Of a stretch of 50,767 bases of DNA, positions 48,601-50,767 are shown one piece after another. Source of the stretch: Antechinus flavipes (Eukaryota); the NCBI RefSeq assembly GCF_016432865.1, contig NC_067400.1:623906001-623956767 (forward strand), written 5' to 3'. The position numbers were made by a program, and so were the translations under genes. Numbering within the stretch: position 1 is the stretch's first letter; the number at the start of each line of letters is the position of its first letter. Below the pieces are notes generated by a model. It had not been told where the DNA came from and did no database searches. It saw nothing but the letters and a program-made list of their open reading frames with translations.

Positions 48601-49599
48601 ACTTGGAGGGGGGTGAGCCCCACGGGTTAACAGCTGTGGGTTATTTTGGGGTGGAGGCTGGGGGTGCTATTCTGAGCACTAATCAAGCCAACAGCTAACG
48701 AGTGCCAGGGAGGAGGAGGAGCCCCCCCAGCCGCTGGCCCCCGTGCCGGGAAAGGGGGGCTGGCACCCGGGCGGAGGGCAGGGCCTCCCCTCTCCATCCC
48801 TCCCCCGGCTGTCAAGCCTGCTGCCATGGCAACCTGGGGGATACTGACAGCCCTCCAGGCTCAGGGTTCCCCTCGGGAAGCAGGTGGCCAGGCCCCAGCC
48901 CTTGCCCCCTCAGGGATCCAAGCCTCTGGAACCCCAGTCCCGCCTCCTCGGGGACCCAGGCGTCCAGAGCCCGGCGAGTGCCCTTCTGGGAGCCGGCCTT
49001 CCCAAGGCCCAGCAGCAGGGACAGGAGGAGGGCTCCGGGTTCCCTCCAATTTGCTAAATTGCTCTGGGCTGGCAGCCAGTGTCCCCCTCCCCTTCAAGTC
49101 GATGACTACAGCTGGACCCCCAGACTCCCCCCCCAGCCCTCAGCCCTGAAGCAGCCGGGACCAGTGTGGGTGGGGCCTAGGAAAGGGAGGGAGGGGGAGG
49201 AAAGGATCATGGGGGGCTAGAGACGGGGCGGGGGGGACACTGGCACGGGAGAGACAAGGGATGGGGAGGGGGCCCGAGAAGGGAGCTGGGAGCTGGGCAG
49301 AGACGGGACTCGGGGGTCGGCCTGACTGACCCTCTCTCCCTTTTGTCTGCCCTTCCTGCTCTTTTCTTCCCTCCTCTCGGCTCTCTCTCCTTCGGCCTCC
49401 ATCCGGCTCTGCCCTTCACCCCTGCCTTCCTGGGGGACGGGGGTGGGGGATGTCTCTGTCTCTCTGTGTCTCTGGGCATTTTCCCTTTTTTTCTATCTCT
49501 GCCAATCCCCGACTCTCCGGTTCTCCCCTGGGCGCCTCCAACCTGCCCGTGGGGCTGATTCTTCCCCGTCCTTGTGTCCCCATCCTGTGCCCGGGCCCC

Positions 49600-50100
49600 C
49601 TTCTCTGTCCCTCTGCCCCCCCACCTGTGTCTGTCTCTCTGTCTGTGTCCCTCTGTCCACCGCTCCGTGTGTCTGTCTGTCCGTGTCCCTCTGCCCCCCC
49701 TTGTGTCTGTCTGTCCGTGTCCCTCTGCCCCCCCTTGTGTCTGTCTGTCCGTGTCCCTCTGCCCCCCCTTGTGTCTGTCTGTCTGTGTCCCTCTGCCCCC
49801 CCTTGTGTCTGTCTGTCCGTGTCCCTCTGCCCCCCCACCTGTGTCTGTCTCTCTGTCCGTGTCCCTCTGCCCCCCCACCTGTGTCTGTCTCTCTGTCTGT
49901 GTCCCTCTGTCCCCCGCTCCGTGTGTCTGTCTGTCCGTGTCCCTCTGCCCCCCCTTGTGTCTGTCTGTCCGTGTCCCTCTGCCCCCCCTTGTGTCTGTCT
50001 GTCCGTGTCCCTCTGCCCCCCCTTGTGTCTGTCTGTCTGTGTCCCTCTGCCCCCCCACCTGTGTCTGTCTGTCTGTCCGTGTCCCTCTGCCCGATCTTTG
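49600..50100. repeat. ~34-bp TG/TC-rich minisatellite
   Basis: GTGTCTGTCTGTCCGTGTCCCTCTGCCCCCCC(TT/ACCT) units. Confidence 0.92.
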
Positions 50101-50129
50101 GTCCCGAACCCGTCCCTGTCCCTCCTGTC

Positions 50130-50691
50130 TGTTCTCGGATGTTCTATTTGTGCCGCTCTTTCTGCTCCTGTTTTCTGTCTGTGTCTGTTGCTACCTCTCG
50201 CCATTTCTGTGGGTCTCTTTGTCTCTCTGTGACTCTCTAACTCTCGCCATCTCTGTCTCTCTCTTCTCTCTCTCTGTCCCTTTCTCTTTGTATTTCGATC
50301 TCTTTCCCCGTCTCTGCCTTCCTCTGTATCTCTCTATTTCTTTGTCTCTGTCTCTCTCTTGCTGTCTCCGTTTGTCTCTTGTCTGTCTCTCTGCCTGCCT
50401 GTTTCTCTCTGTCTCTGTCTCCTGTCTGTCTGTGTCTGTGTCTGCCTCTTTTTCTCCGTCTCTCTCTGCCCCTGTCTATTTCTGTCCCTGTCTCTCTGTC
50501 TTCATATTCTTGTCTGTCTCTCTCTGGCTTTCTCATTCTTTCTGTCTCTGTTTTTGTCTTTGTCTCTATTTCTTTGTGTCTGTATCCGTTTGTCTCTGTG
50601 TGTGTCTCGTTCTCCTCTGTCTGTCTCTTCTTTCTGTCTCTCTGTGTGTCTCTGTCTGTTTCTGCCTTTCTCTGTCTCTCTCTTTTCTCTG

Positions 50692-50730
<39 letters not shown>

Positions 50731-50767
50731 GTGTGTGTGTGTGTCTCTGTCTCTTGTCTCTGTCTGT
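50130..50767. repeat. (TC)n/(TGTC)n low-complexity pyrimidine tract
   Basis: Directly visible to the end of the window. Confidence 0.92.

Larger units (their letters stand above)
46300..50767 (+). other. GRIN2D: Probable promoter, non-coding 5' exons and intron of GRIN2D (coding exons lie beyond the window)
   Basis: CpG island head-to-head with KDELR1. Plus-strand donors at 46638 (CAG|GTGGGT), 47236 and 47468 (AAG|GTAAGG). The assignment rests on human synteny only; no GRIN2D codons were seen. Confidence 0.5.

Noticed and set aside
46016-48630. Long Pro/Gly/Arg-rich ORFs as GRIN2D or new genes
   Set aside because: No recognisable domain, both strands and several frames are open because of extreme GC, and the GRIN2D signal peptide (MRGAGG...) is not present.
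49207-50536. 260-280-aa Cys/Val/Ser- or Arg/Asp-rich ORFs
   Set aside because: They are translations of TG/TC simple repeats.

Overview
Eukaryotic mammalian DNA, not prokaryotic. The LINE-1 3' ends are of marsupial type, and a dasyurid-like origin is my inference. The window has two very different halves. Bases 1 to about 16.7 kb are an AT-rich graveyard of mobile elements: the 3' part of a decayed env-less betaretrovirus-like ERV (pol RT-connection/RNase H/integrase, PPT, 3' LTR), many L1 fragments (two with clear TSDs), several solo LTRs, and a three-times repeated L1-flanked composite containing an unidentified ~1 kb segment. From about 17.6 kb to the end is an extremely GC-rich gene cluster in the same order as human 19q13.33. 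It holds ODAD1/CCDC114 (-, 14 coding exons, 541 aa), EMP3 (+, 163 aa), TMEM143 (-, 434 aa from an exon-2 ATG), SYNGR4 (+, 227 aa), KDELR1 (-, 212 aa) and probably the non-coding 5' end of GRIN2D (+). Coding-exon borders were read by hand: all are GT-AG and phase-consistent. Nearly every gene carries intronic minisatellites, two of them seeded on splice donors. The best novelty candidate is an unannotated minus-strand ORF just downstream of ODAD1 (18016-18276) with a strong Kozak ATG and two THEG/SPMAP2-like 'R..ELA.P[KR]' motifs. Protein comparisons to human are from memory; no database search was run. No rRNA, tRNA or CRISPR was seen.
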